Shown here piece after piece: positions 25,511-38,749 of a stretch of 64,000 bases of DNA (the stretch's first letter is position 1; the number at the start of each line of letters is the position of its first letter). Source of the stretch: Tubulanus polymorphus. Taxonomy: Eukaryota > Animalia > Nemertea. The notes beneath the pieces are model-generated. The model did not search any database. It was not told the DNA's origin and saw only the letters and a list, made by a program, of their open reading frames with translations. The stretch covers positions 4,588,001 to 4,652,000 of the forward strand of contig NC_134035.1 of the NCBI RefSeq assembly GCF_964204645.1, in the 5' to 3' direction. The position numbers and the translations under genes are program-made.

Positions 25511-27744
25511 GGCTCCAGCAATGTTGTTTCAACGAGGTTTAACTGTATTCTAAAGGGGTGAACTCTTTTATCAGATCGGAGAATCCAGTTTGCCTCCAAT
25601 CGTACTCTATCATTGGCCACATGACCTTTTGGAGAGTCTGAAACCTCAATTACGGCAAGGTGGTCTGATTCGGATTCTTGTGGAGACAACTGGAGATTTC
25701 GGATGCCATGAAATAATGCAGATAATGGCACTGCAAAATGTTACATTCAATATGAGAAACTGGCTCTGGCAAATCAAGGATTGACAGGTTTCGAGACGGT
25801 TATAAGAAGTGACCGAGTGATTGTCGGTCAGTTCGGGCAGATTTTTTTTTCATCGATGAGCTCTCCCGCCATTGCGAGCGAATGTCGCGTCGAGCCACAC
25901 CGGATATCGCTGAAACCAGGAAAAAAGAAAACATCCGAATAAATGGGGCTGCGCGACATGTCGGCTGAACGCCGGGACAAGACGAGTTCGATGTTCGCGC
26001 TGAAACTCCGGGTAAATGCCCAGATGACACGAGCACGAGGGACAAGACTCTGCCATTAAACCGTACACGGACCACCTGCACGTCGACAATCCGCGATCGC
26101 TGTTTAACGGTTGTCATAGCAATCGCGGCAACAATGAAAACATGACAACGACGACGACACATGTTATGTATCAGACAGGGATATACGGTACATCTTTTAC
26201 CTTCCGTCGTCGTCATGTCGCGGGCGATGGATGAAATCGGTAATTCACGTTCCTCCTTCCGACTATTAACGATAAAAATAACGCGCCGAGAATCTGACTT
26301 TTATGGATGTCAATCAATCTCGGAGAATCGCAGAGAACGGGTTGATTTAAATATAGCTTATGAATTTATAGCTATAGAAATAGACCCGTCTACCTGAATA
26401 ATCGTATCTAGTTTTCACCAGAAATGAGAGTACGTAATTCGACATCACAAAATGTAATGGTAGTTTAATCGAAAATGAACTAGAAATTAATGCGATTTTT
26501 AGAGCATTTCGATATATTTTGGCAGTAGTTGAGCTCTTAGAACCGAGTAAGAAACCACCTTCGAAAAGTAGTTGTAGTCATAGCCTTTTAGCATTTCTTT
26601 AAAGATTTTGGACGAGGGTCTGCAGTTTCATGAACAAGTTTACGCTTTAAACGGTGAAATTTGAATTACTGTCCTAACTGAAAAGATGAAGTACCCGAAA
26701 AAGCAACGAAACCAAAATTTTGAGTCAGACATTTTTCGAAATTCGTCCGCTCTTTCCGTGGTTTCTATGTCTGATTTCTATGATACGACATTAATGAGTT
26801 TACCCCGGGCAATAACTTCGAAAACGCTGAACCGGTTGTTTTTATCATTTTACAGCGAATAGCCGGGTCCCCCGGTGCTGTTTAATCACAGCTTCGGGCG
26901 GCGGGTTCGCGCGTGGCGCCCGCTGAGACAAGACCGACGCTTGTGCATGTAGCAAGCCGGCTAGCGAGTTCGCAGAGGGGGTAGTACGCGTTGAGGAGGA
27001 TTCAAAAAATTGACAACAATTCCTCCGGTCAAACAGAAGCCATTAATTAATGCGGCGACCGACGAAAAACAGTCGTCGCGTCGAAATCCGGAAGCTTAAC
27101 AAAACGTACAACGACGACGGCTTAACAGCTACGCAAACAAAACGCTAACTACATTAACGTCGCGCTAATCTCTATTTTAGTGAAAACCAAATCCCTCCGA
27201 GTGACAATTACCGACGAGTCGATGTTAGCGTTGAAGATGGTTTCGGTCGTCGTTGTCGTTTTCTAGCTCGGTGGATAGTGTGAGAACGTAAACAGCGGGT
27301 GCCAATGAACCACGCGACGACGGTTACCGGTGGTGCTCACGGACCCGAGACATCTCGCTGTCCATTACGCCGTCACCGCGATCGACGCATCTGATTAGTC
27401 GGTTCATTAATTGATTGTGTCGTTGCCGGAATTCGACACCGGTTTATATATACACGGTCGCTGGTCGCTTCACGCCGAGGGCGTTCAGGCGTATCGCCGA
27501 AACGGTCGCGCCGTCGATGAAATGAGAACCGTCCAGGTGGACTGGTCGGTTTACGGTGGTGATGTCCATTAGACACTAGATTGGTCTCCTCTGTCTCTCT
27601 CACTCTCTCATCACTCGCAGGTCTAGAAAGTGATGATTTTCACACTGGACACACTTGCGAAACCCGCATTGTCGTGTTTTATGTATATACATAGGATCAA
27701 TCAATACAGAATTGTGTAGATAAGATAATCTCAAGATCCATAAG

Positions 27745-28110
27745 TGAGGAGAGGATAGGAGAGAGAAATAGGGAGAGAGGAGAGAGGGAGGACAGAAAAG
27801 AATGATGGAGTGAGAGATGGAGAAAGGTGATGGGTGTGGAGGCAGGAGTGAGGAGAGAGAAGTGAGGGAGGAGAGAGAAGGGAGGGAGGAGAGAGAGGTT
27901 AGGGAGGAGAGAGAAGTGAAGGGAGTGAGGGAGAGGAGTGAGAGAGGGGAAAGAAGTGAAGGGAGTGCGGGAGGGAGGTGAGAGGTAGGGATGGAAAAGG
28001 ATGATGGAGTAAGCGAGGGAGAAAGGATAGGAGTGACTGGAGGATGGTGGAGAAGAGAGATCGAAAAGGATGATCGGGTGAGGGAAAAGAGGGAGAGAAC
28101 AGAGGTGGCA
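27745..28110. repeat. Long polypurine (GA-rich) low-complexity tract
   Basis: About 360 bp, nearly all G/A on the plus strand. Confidence 0.9.
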
Positions 28111-31100
28111 ATAAACCATTTTCAACTGTCGTCTGATCTGGATTCTGGATTCTGCGTTGATATTCTCAACGTTTCGCGCTAATACACGAGAAGCGAAGCG
28201 AGTGCTTCACTCGTATCGGTAATAATAACACGGCTTAAACAAAACCCTGTCCTACGAGAGAGAGAGAGAGAGAACGAGATACAGACACCTTTTACTGCGT
28301 CGTCATCATCCGTTCGTTCGGCTGTTCGCGAGGAAATACCTGCTAAATCGCTCATTTCCTGTTTTTCTTAACGCCGCGCTTTTGACTCATCAATGCGCCG
28401 GCTAGTCGAAAATAACACCGGGATATGCGCGCCGCGCCGGCGTGTATAGTTATAAGAGCGATTTTCATGGCGACGACTGCCATCTTCATCACGAAGAGAC
28501 TCGGACGTAGATGTTAATCCTCGGGGGCTTCCTAAACCGTTTAATAGATAGCCGACGATGCGAAATCGCCGGTTCCTCTAATTTCATCCCATGAACTCTG
28601 AAGGAAAGCTCGTCTTTCTCTCTCTCATGTCGCGGATTAACACATTTTTTCCATTAACTTTTTCATGCGAGATTTGCATAACCGGCCGGTTGAAATTAAA
28701 CCCTTCCGACATGGCCGTTCCGAGCCGACGCTTAAACCGGAGCGAACCCGCCGACTCGAGAAAGCATTGGCTCTCGAGATATTCGCGGAGCCACCCCGAA
28801 ACTAGATACATGCAAGAAGACATAAAAAATGGTATCATGCTATGATTGATATCGAAGGCGATTGAACCGATGATGATACTGGTTAATTCAAACACCACTG
28901 ATTTTAAGCCTTAATGATGAAGAACAGAAGAATATTCACATCGATTCACACAAACTACGACCAAAGTGCGGCGATTTTCAAACTCTCTTAGTTTCATTTC
29001 AAGCACGGCTTCACGCTTTAAGAACATAATAACAATGATAATAATAATCATAATTCACTTTTTATTAAACTTATTAGGATATACAAGTTAGATGTAATAG
29101 TGGTTATAGTGAATATCAGTTAGATGAAGGAAGCAGTGAAAGCCTAGAGGCTGTACAGGTCACCTGTTAAAAGAGTACAAGTACAATGACACTTCGAGGG
29201 ATATTCACATCAAAACAGCTGAAACAAGCGCCTCCGACGAGCTCATAAACGGACATCAAAAAAAAAAAGAAGAAACAACCAGTCATAATTCCTCGGTCAT
29301 CCCTCGAATCAAGGAATGCTCGAGACACGTCGGATGATCACCGAAAACCCGAGAGAAATAAAATACCGGACCGTCGAGGTCGATAAACACGTTCGCAGCC
29401 AGAGTCGAATGTAACTGTAATCCCATTTATGACCGGTTTCGTTGCTTGCATTATAACATACGCGCTCGGATTTACCTGCGCTGGAAATGCAGAGCGCGGG
29501 CCTCGACGAGCCGATTCCTAAATCGTCGTACGAGATTTAGCGTACACCTCGCTAAATGCCGGATAATAACCCGAGTATGCCTTCAAGTGCGAACTGCGAA
29601 AACTTTTTCTAACTGCGGACCAGAATACACGATATCTTTAATTGTAATATTTATCACCCAAAATTTGATAGTAATTTGACTCAAAAATAGTAGATTAATT
29701 GAAAATGAACTATAAATGAATCCGATTTTGAGAGAAGTTTGATATTCTTGGGCTAAGGTCATTGTCAGGTCTGTTACTGACGCTGATTATAATATTATGA
29801 TGAAGAAAACTACGAACACGACCGAAATATCTCACCAGATGGCGTTACGAACAAGTCTGGCATACTTGACAAGAATTCAATTTTGAATTTACATCCCTAG
29901 AAATTTAGATCGTTGCAAAGTCCATTTTGGTCGTAAAGCTTCTATTCGAATTCACAATAGCCGCAGTATGTCAGCATGAACTGGAACTTCCAGCAAAATA
30001 CATGCTTTTCATTTTCATCTTGCGAAATCTGGTTTAATGCGGAGAATGAATGTTGGAAATATGGACAAAGACATAACATCATCGCCAGATTCCCGATTTC
30101 TTTTTTTATGTGTTTCATCTAAAGATAGAAATGGCAGCCTCTAGACACCAGCAGATACCAGCAGACTGCTGCTGCCACTATAAAACAGTCTTCTCTCCTG
30201 ATGATTTCTGAGAGACATACATTTCTTTCTCCACCACCGTCGTCCGCCGTCACTGCTGCCGCTGCTGTACGGAATTGAAGAATTATGTTTGCGTTCGTCG
30301 ACGGTTAACGAGGAATTCACAATCGGCTCGGATCAACGGCAACACTGTCAGTTCCATGTAAAATATTGTCTGATAATTGCCAGCGGAAACCTCTCTCGGG
30401 ACACGTTCGCTCTCGAATTTTCAAACAGGACTGACTGACTGCCGAGCGGCTCCTCCGCTGCATAGCACTTACATACAGCAAACATATATACAAAATCTTA
30501 TAACGGTGCGTTCACTCGGGTTATCGGTCGGAGGAGAAGTCCTAGATTCATAGACGGGCTCGAGGAGAAAGTGTGGCTCCAAATAGTACGGAGACTACAA
30601 TTTGAGCCTTGCACGAACTAGATGATGGGCAACACTGACTCTGCCACAAGATGGCACCTCCGAGTCAGACACCTCTACACGGCTCCTCTGAGTCAGACAT
30701 GAACGAGTTCAGTTTCCTTTCAACTTTGAAACTTACACAAAACACACAAGTCTGCGGTTCAATCTTCTGGAGCCAAGTTACACAACCAGACTCAAGACCA
30801 ACACAGGCTAAGACCATCTTAGTTCTACAGCCTATCTAATAACTCAAGACTCGTCTCAAGATTTAAGACCACGGACTGTTGGCAACCCACTCAGATCTAT
30901 GCATAATTTCTATTCGTCTTTCATCGAATTCGAAAAAATTTGCAAAGATTCTAATAGATCTTAAAAGAAAAATGGATGCTAGCTTGCCGCAGTAGCATCG
31001 CCGTGTCCTTATTGCCCTTCAAGTGTTTACAGGTTCAGAATTATAAGCTGATACTGTTCGTATCACCTTGAAAGACATAGCCATAAAACTCCCGCTAAAT

Positions 31101-34100
31101 CGCGTCTCTACGGAGGCTAAGGAAAGGTCGAGTGGGGCCTGGGAAGCAGCTCGGCGCTCGCGCACGGGGAAACCCTGGTAGTAAATCCCACCACCTATTA
31201 TCAGATTGAACAAAACGAAGGATGAAACCTATTTTCAGATTCTCGCAATCCTGGACACGAGGTTAATGGGATGAGTCATATTACGAGACGCCGAACCGGC
31301 CGCCACTATTCGGCGGCCTCCGCGTAACGGTTACTTCATCTTTTCTTCATCTCTTTTTTCGTCGTCGTCGTCGTAAACGAAGCGGTTCGTTTGAACGAGC
31401 GACCGCCGAACGACGCCGAAGCGCCCGCGGGTAATTCATCCCGTACTGAACGGGGAACGACGACGCCTTTAACTGTAATTGAAATGGGTGTCAAGTTAGC
31501 CGCGGTGATTGTGTTCGTCGTGTCTCGCGATCCCGAGTCTTATATACGAACGCGCGCGCCGTAAGATTACGCCGGCGTCCGGGTATCCAGTGTCGTTCGG
31601 TTAATTTCGCCGATCCGGCCACCGGGGACCGGCGCCGCGCACGCCGGCTCGACCCGGCTTAAAAATTACGCCGTGCTCGGTACACGCACGTAAGGTACCG
31701 GCGTACCCGTCTCGGCTGACGCATACCTGGCCGCGAGATTAGGATTACGTTGATAACGTTCGGGATTTGATTCGGATGGTTATGAGGTCGTTGATGAAAT
31801 GGCAGCTGGCTGCTACTGCTACCGCTGCTGCGATGATCACAATGCCTTCGGAGAGAAGATGAGAAAAAGGGTCTACGGAAAGACAAGCCAGGTGTTTATA
31901 TTTCTGATCCTCCGTTAACGCCGACATATTACGCACGCGCTGAGACAACAGATACCGAGCGACTAAATAACCGTAATAAAACTATCAGGGAGATTATCTC
32001 TTAATCTATCTTAATCCCTTACACTCGGGTTGAGGTTATCCGAGCTATGATAATTCGACTTAAACCTCTATTATATACCTATGAACAGATACGTATTATT
32101 ATTTAGAACCGTGATGATGATGATGATGATGATAATGATGACGATGAAAGCACTCGCGCGACCTGTCGTTAAAAAGAAAACACGGGCTCCTTTTCGTTTA
32201 ATTTCGAATAAATGAAAAACACGAGCGCAAACAGCTACTGATATAAATAATTGCGTCTTTGAATACGGTGTTCGGCGTGTTGACTCAACTGAAAATTTTA
32301 CTTTCTCGTTCACAAAAAGCGGCCATTGTTGCGCGGTTGTCGACGAACAAATATGTACAGTTCGTAAGCAAACATGGCCGCCGCGCGCCGGCCGACGCCG
32401 TTTCCTTCGAAATCGAGAAACGTTTTTGTTTATTCGGCATGCTGTTACGCGCGCGCGCGCAATTCCACAGCGGTGGCGGCGGCGTCAGCGGCTTCGTCCG
32501 TCCGTCGTCCGCGTTTACGCCGACGTGTCGAACGAAAACGCAAATATTTAATTTGCATTAATCGTCGGAGAATATTCGAATGCGTTTCTAAGAGACCGCA
32601 CCGCGTCGCAGGGTACCGCGCCGCACCACACGATGGTGTGTTAAATGGCGCCATTAGAATGATATACCGTCATTTACCCCTTACACAACTTATCCCCGTT
32701 TTTATAGTTCCTAAAGTGCTAAATTCAGATAGGATTGCCAAATTCACCCATTTACAAATTCCCTGATTTAACAGGTTTTTGACAAATTTTGTAAAATTCC
32801 ATAAATTTTCCCAAATTTTTATTCCCCAAGTTTTCAGGTCCAGCAGCCAACCCCTGTGTTGTTTGTTTCCGATCTCTAATGATGGCAGTTTTAGTCCACA
32901 GCCCGAACTGGTTAGATTAACTAGCACATTTTCAGTAGGGGCGTGACGGGGGTACTTGTCATTCAACTGATGTCATAGTCAGTCATAGATACGCCATTAC
33001 TTTTTAAAAGCGACGAGCGCGGGGTTCTAGCTTCAACAGATGACTATAATACCTCAAATACGTATCGTAATCAACGCCGAACATGTATTTTCTTATTCTC
33101 ATCCTCTAGTCGGCCGCTAAGCCTCGGTCGTATCTGAAAACGGGGGCGAAAACAAATACGAAATCATGCGAGCGTCTCCGGAGCCATAACTCTCGCCGTT
33201 TCGACGTCGCGCGAATACCGCCGGGAACCACGCATCGGCGCCAGTTGCCAGGCAACTCGGCCATCCATCTTAGTTTCGGACGATTGTAACGTTTCGGGTC
33301 GCGTTCGAATCGCTGTGTAAACCGACGCGCCGCGCGAGTTGTGTGTGCTCAAGAGAAGTCGGCGTTTTCGCGCCGCGGTACCTGACTCGAATTCGAACGC
33401 CGACTTTTCCTTCGCCCGGAGCCGCCACCGCCACCGCCGCCGCAGTGGCCGCCGGCTGGTGCCGATCGCCCGGGAGATGAAAACGCGAATAAAACATACA
33501 TACACGACTTTACGCGGGCGTTTCGCTCGAACAATGTCTGTCGCTATTTTTCAAACGAAGTCGTCGACGATGATTATATCCCGGTGACGAGCGACGTTCG
33601 TTGAAGAGCTTTCGAAATTATCGACGCATTAATAAGTAAAGTAACGAGAGCGCGATCGACGCACAGGTGATGGGACAACGATGTCACACTTGACGGAGCG
33701 CCGCGGCGACACTTGAAAGCGAAAAAGCTTCTTCCGTGTCGCGCGGCGCTTACTGAAAATTTCATGACCAATTTGCTAGTTTGAAAAACGGTTTTTTTTT
33801 TAAACCGGACCAACGTTCAAGAGTCATCGTCGTAACGGTGGGCGTCGTTTTCGAGAGTAGCGAAGGAAAGGGAAAGGGCGAACTTTGAATAATAGAAGAA
33901 GTCCCACAATTCGAATTTAGTACGATAAAATTTATCGAAAACAAATCCCATTTCCACTGTTGACTTACAGTCATCATCAGTAGGACTAACTCAGGCGTTG
34001 ACTAAACAACCATCATCAGCCGACATCATCATTCCACCTGATGATGGCTGTTAGTTAGCATTCACGGAATAGCGTGTTTATTCGACTACTAAAATCGTGA

Positions 34101-34435
34101 ACTTAAATCGTCATCTTTATCGTGAACTCAAGTACAGTCATTTAACCTTTTGCGATTTTAACATTTCCAAACCTATTCCGGGACTGATCTTCAAATTTTC
34201 CATCGGGCCAAATATCCAAATCGCCTTAATGAGGAGCTCACTAAGGTAGAATTGAACATTTACGCGAAATAGACATTAACTATCTAGACCACACTTTTAA
34301 AATTCCGAAGCTTTTTCATGGCTTCGGACACAAAACTTGAACATCCATAAACTTTCAAAGTCTCGAAACAATGATCAGCAATTGCCATAACTTTTGCAGG
34401 ATTTTCTTGATAAATTAACCGAATTTTTGGGACCA

Positions 34436-34919
34436 GTACAAACCCTATCTCCCAGACCAACAAGGAGCCAGCAAATCATTTCCCATTACAAAATCTAAAC
34501 TAAAGTTTTGATTTTGAAAAAAAAAACCAAACGTGACATTTCGAAAGCAGAGGGTGGTACAAACCCTATCTCCCAGACCAACAAGGACCCCGCATATCAT
34601 TTGCCATTACAAAATCTAAACTAAAGTTTTGATTTTGAAAAAAAAACCAAACGTGACATTTCGAAAGCAGAGGATGGTACAAACCCTATCTCCTAGACCA
34701 ACAAGGACGCAGCAAATCATTTCCCATTACAAAATCTAAACTAAAGTTTTGATTTTGAAAAAAAAACCAAACGTGACATTTCGAAAGCAGAGGGTGGTAC
34801 AAACCCTATCTCCTAGACCAACAAGGACGCAGCAAATCATTTCCCATTACAAAATCTAAACTGAAGTTTTGATTTTGAAAAAAAAAACCAAACGTGACAT
34901 TTTGAAAGCGGAGGGTGGT
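34436..34919. repeat. 120-121-bp tandem repeat (4 near-identical units)
   Basis: gtacaaaccctatctcc... starts at 34436, 34557, 34677 and 34797. Confidence 0.95.
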
Positions 34920-36324
34920 TACCAGTTACAACTAAAAATACACACATGAATTTCATATTTCGTATTTTCTGGTGATGGTGGTGGATATCAAATATTCATT
35001 TCATATCGCTTTTTTTTTCAAATTATCGTCGATCATTGAACTGTCGTTTGATGATAGATTCATCGCTTCAAAGACGCGTAGATTTTGAACGCGAATCGCG
35101 TCGATAATTTTTGGGTGTCGACGTGCGCGAGCGCGCGGCGGCGGCGACGACCGGGCGTCATCGAAATTCAAGTTGGCCGTTCGTCGGTAATTGATCGCGC
35201 TTCGTAACCCTAGACGCCCGAAAAACTTTCCGCCCTGAATTTTTTTTTCTCGAAAAAAACTTTTTCCCCAGATCGGTTTGAACGATAATTACAATCGATC
35301 GCTCGGCGATATCTATAATAATAATATTATTATTACAAAACGGAACGTTTCAAATTTTTTTTGCGAATAAAAATGCTCGCGCTAAGAATACTCGCGCGCG
35401 CGTGCAAGCTATTAAACTATCAAATTCAAACCGAGCGAAATCGCTTTATCGCGAAAAAAGATCGAGTATAAGCATCGACGATACGATGGTAAAAAAAGGT
35501 TTCTATAACAGAAAAAAAATTCAAATTGTTTCAAAATACCCGATAACCATTAATATCAGTTAAAAAAAACAAACTATAAGTAAACGATTAGAAATACAAT
35601 ATCTAAGCTTTCGACTGCCGCGGATAATTTTCATGAAATGGCAAATTTTTTTTCGGGAAACGATTTTCCAACAATTTCAACGGTTCATTCAGTTCAGCGG
35701 CATCGGGATTAATTCGTCAGGGCGAACACGCGGCGGTGAAAGGGTTAATAAGTCCGGGTTGCCTCGATTAATAGTCGAACGAATTCGTCGTAGGAATTTG
35801 ATTAACCCCCTCCCCTCCGGTTAAACCGATCGATACGAATAAACAATTAAGAAGCTACTTTGACATTTTTCAAACGATAAAAGTTAATAATAATTTCTTT
35901 CTCGAGTTAATCATTTATATATGATAAACACGATGATTGGATATGTACGGCGTATGAGACGCGCTCGTGGTGTGCCTCCAGGCGACCGACGATGAATTCC
36001 GTATAATTAGAAAGAAAATTTCAAAGGCAGTTTTCACTTTTTCTATCAAGTCTCTTCGCGTTGAAACTGACGGGCACACCCTGTCGTCGTCGCCGCCGCC
36101 GCCGCTGCTGCCGTATGTTCATGTACGTAAACTTATACGGCGCATAGTTTCAGCAAGACTACACGCCCCTATATCATGACATGATGACATTTCGATTAAA
36201 ATCACCTTCAAATTTGCGCTAGTTCAAAATAACTTCACCCTAGAGTTTGTCTAACATATATGCAAATGCACTGATAACATATACAATGGTATTTCTATGA
36301 TATCTTAATCTATCTAAATGATAT

Positions 36325-36735
36325 TAGGGTTTTCCCTGTGGTAACTAAAGGTGCAAGTGCAAAGACATTTTATAAGGGATTTTCCACGGTATCTAAAGGT
36401 ATGAACGGAATGCAATGACATTTTACAAGGGTTTTTCTGCGGTACCTTTAGGTACTAATAGAACGCAATAACATTTTATAAGGGATTTTCCGTGGTATCT
36501 AAAATTACTAGTAGAATGAAATGACATTTTGTAAGGGTTTTTCCGTGGTATCTTTAGGTACTAATAGAATGCAATGACATTTTATTAGGGATTTTCCGCA
36601 GTATCTAAAAGTACCAGTAGAATGAAATGACATTTTATAAGGGTTTTTCCGTGGTATCTTTAGGTACTAGTAGAATGCAATGACATTTTATAAGGGTTTT
36701 TCCGCGGTATGGAACGGTACTAGCAGAATGCGACG
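36325..36735. repeat. 53-bp tandem repeat (about 7-8 units)
   Basis: Unit gacattttataagggtttttccgtggtatctttaggtactagtagaatgcaat. Confidence 0.9.
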
Positions 36736-36921
36736 TCATCTTATCAGGGTTTTTCTTTGAGGAGGTACTAATTGGGAAGCACTGATATCATTTTTCCCCA
36801 TTATGAGTTTTAGGATGTTGAGCTGGCGTCGCACTGTTGTGGGGTATTTATACCCAAATAAATAAGACCGCGGCAGAGAACGATAGCGAGTTAGTGTAAG
36901 TGATAGAGATGTGGTTTTTAC

Positions 36922-36960
36922 CTTGGAGAGCGGATTGCTGTAGGTGAGATTGAAGATCTT
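36922..36960 (-). CDS. Candidate 39-nt alternative cassette exon of Onecut, encoding EDLQSHLQQSALQ in the CUT-homeodomain linker
   Basis: Minus strand reads gtttcgtttgattttatgcttgcag|AAGATCTTCAATCTCACCTACAGCAATCCGCTCTCCAAG|gtaaaa. It has a long pyrimidine tract, a length divisible by 3, and is open in phase 1 (the phase of the Onecut intron). Confidence 0.6.
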
Positions 36961-37731
36961 CTGCAAGCATAAAATCAAACGAAACATCAAAACAGAGCAC
37001 AAACAAAGAAGACTATAAGTGACAAATAAAACGAAACAAATCAGAAAAAGCAGAGAGAGAGAGAGAGGGATAGAGACAAGGGTAATGGTATATACAATAG
37101 TAGCTTATTGCTTCTATTAAGAGATAGGAACATTTTATGAATGCAGCAATTAGGGCTAAGGTTTCGTTACGACATATAAGGAACTAGGACTCCGTGGTGC
37201 AACATACACAGAATACCGAAACAAGACAGAACACAAATCTTTTATAGCGGATTGTCTTAAATAGGCGACGCTTCGCATACGCAACCGAACAGGCACGAAT
37301 CGTCGAAACGAAAGACGCCTCGTCGCTGCCCGGCGTCCCGGCTGCGCTTTTTTTTTCGTATAACGTCGCCGGGAACGTATCTTTAAAACGGTTTATCTAC
37401 GATCATCGACACTACCTGCAGGGATAAACAAAAAATTACCTAACTACGCGCAATTCATTAAACATTCGAAAAACGCCCGAGGCGCACACACGCGCACACG
37501 AGGGTATTTTAATAACAAAATAGATCAATTTATTCGCCTCTTTCTGCATCGTTGCACACGCGGCCACACAGCCGCTGAAGAGCACTAAAATGCCAGGAAT
37601 GCCGAGACGCGAAATACCGAGAACGAGTCGTACACGGCAGGATGTTCAGTCGCATGAAGCCGAAACATCGTGGCCATCTGCCTGACGAGGACGACTACAG
37701 CACGAAGCTAAAATGACGTGGCTGTCCAACT

Positions 37732-37843
37732 GGACCCAGTTCCACAATAGTATGAGTTATGATTCGACTGAGAGTTAACTCATTGAAAATGATTTGATTT
37801 TAACTCATGAGTTAACTCTTAACTCACAACCGTGGAACTGAGC
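37732..37843. mobile_element. Family-A MITE copy
   Basis: ggacccagttccacaa ... ccgtggaactgagcc with a central cattgaaaatga. Confidence 0.7.
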
Positions 37844-38489
37844 CCCCGATGATGGCTACTAGTACGAGGCTTGATGAAGATTCGTAAATTCATTTTTAGT
37901 GCAGGAATTATCAACTATTCATCAATCAATTAATTATAAATTAATCATGAATGCTATAAATGGTGTTTGATGGTTCCATACACCAGTTATATATAAACCA
38001 AGTTATATAAAACTGACTGACTGACCGTGGTGGTGAGAAGTTTTCCTTTCACTCGACAAACGCTATCATTCATCAATTCTATCGAATACGACCGCGGTAT
38101 TATTCATCGCGACCGTCGAGAGATGAGATTTTAGATTTCACTAGATTTCTATTGAACGACCGATTGCGCGTTGCGAGACACGATGATCGATATTTCTCCC
38201 TATAGGTTAATTAGAACAATAATATCTACGTTGAACACGATTGAACGCGAATGCAACGCGGCTTTTTCTTCGTCGTTCCCCCGGGCGTCGGCGGTCAGTC
38301 AAACGGTCAGTCAGTCAGCCGCTATCGGTCGGGTCCATCGTTTCGGATAATGCGGCAATCATTTCCACTTGCAGTGACTGATTTTCAATTTCGAATCGCT
38401 CGGCCGCGACAGTTTTCATGGCAAATGGGACCTAACGATACACCATCGTCGTCAACAGATGGCGCCGTAAATCTAGGAAATACAATCCA

Positions 38490-38749
38490 CAATAACGCTA
38501 GTGCCACCTAGTGGAACCTTGATTGAACATGATAGACTTACAATCACACTAATGCCACCTATTGAATCCTCAATCGCCACAGTAACCTTATTTATAACAA
38601 TATAACTAGCACCACCTTGTGGATACTCAATTGCCACAGTAACCTTACTTACAATATAACTAGCACCACCTTGTGGATCCTCAATCGCCACATTCACAAT
38701 CACACTAGGGCTACCTGGTGGATCTTCAATAGCCACACCAGCCTTATAC
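38490..38749. repeat. 54-bp minisatellite with CTCF-like motifs, left part (about 5 units)
   Basis: Units ctag(t/c)(g/a)ccacct(a/t/g)gtggatc.tcaat.gccaca..., the same family as 41332-41550. Confidence 0.9.

Noticed and set aside
31745-31948. RNMSALT resembling the CUT-domain end RMSALRLA
   Set aside because: No upstream CUT residues and no matching donor; chance similarity.
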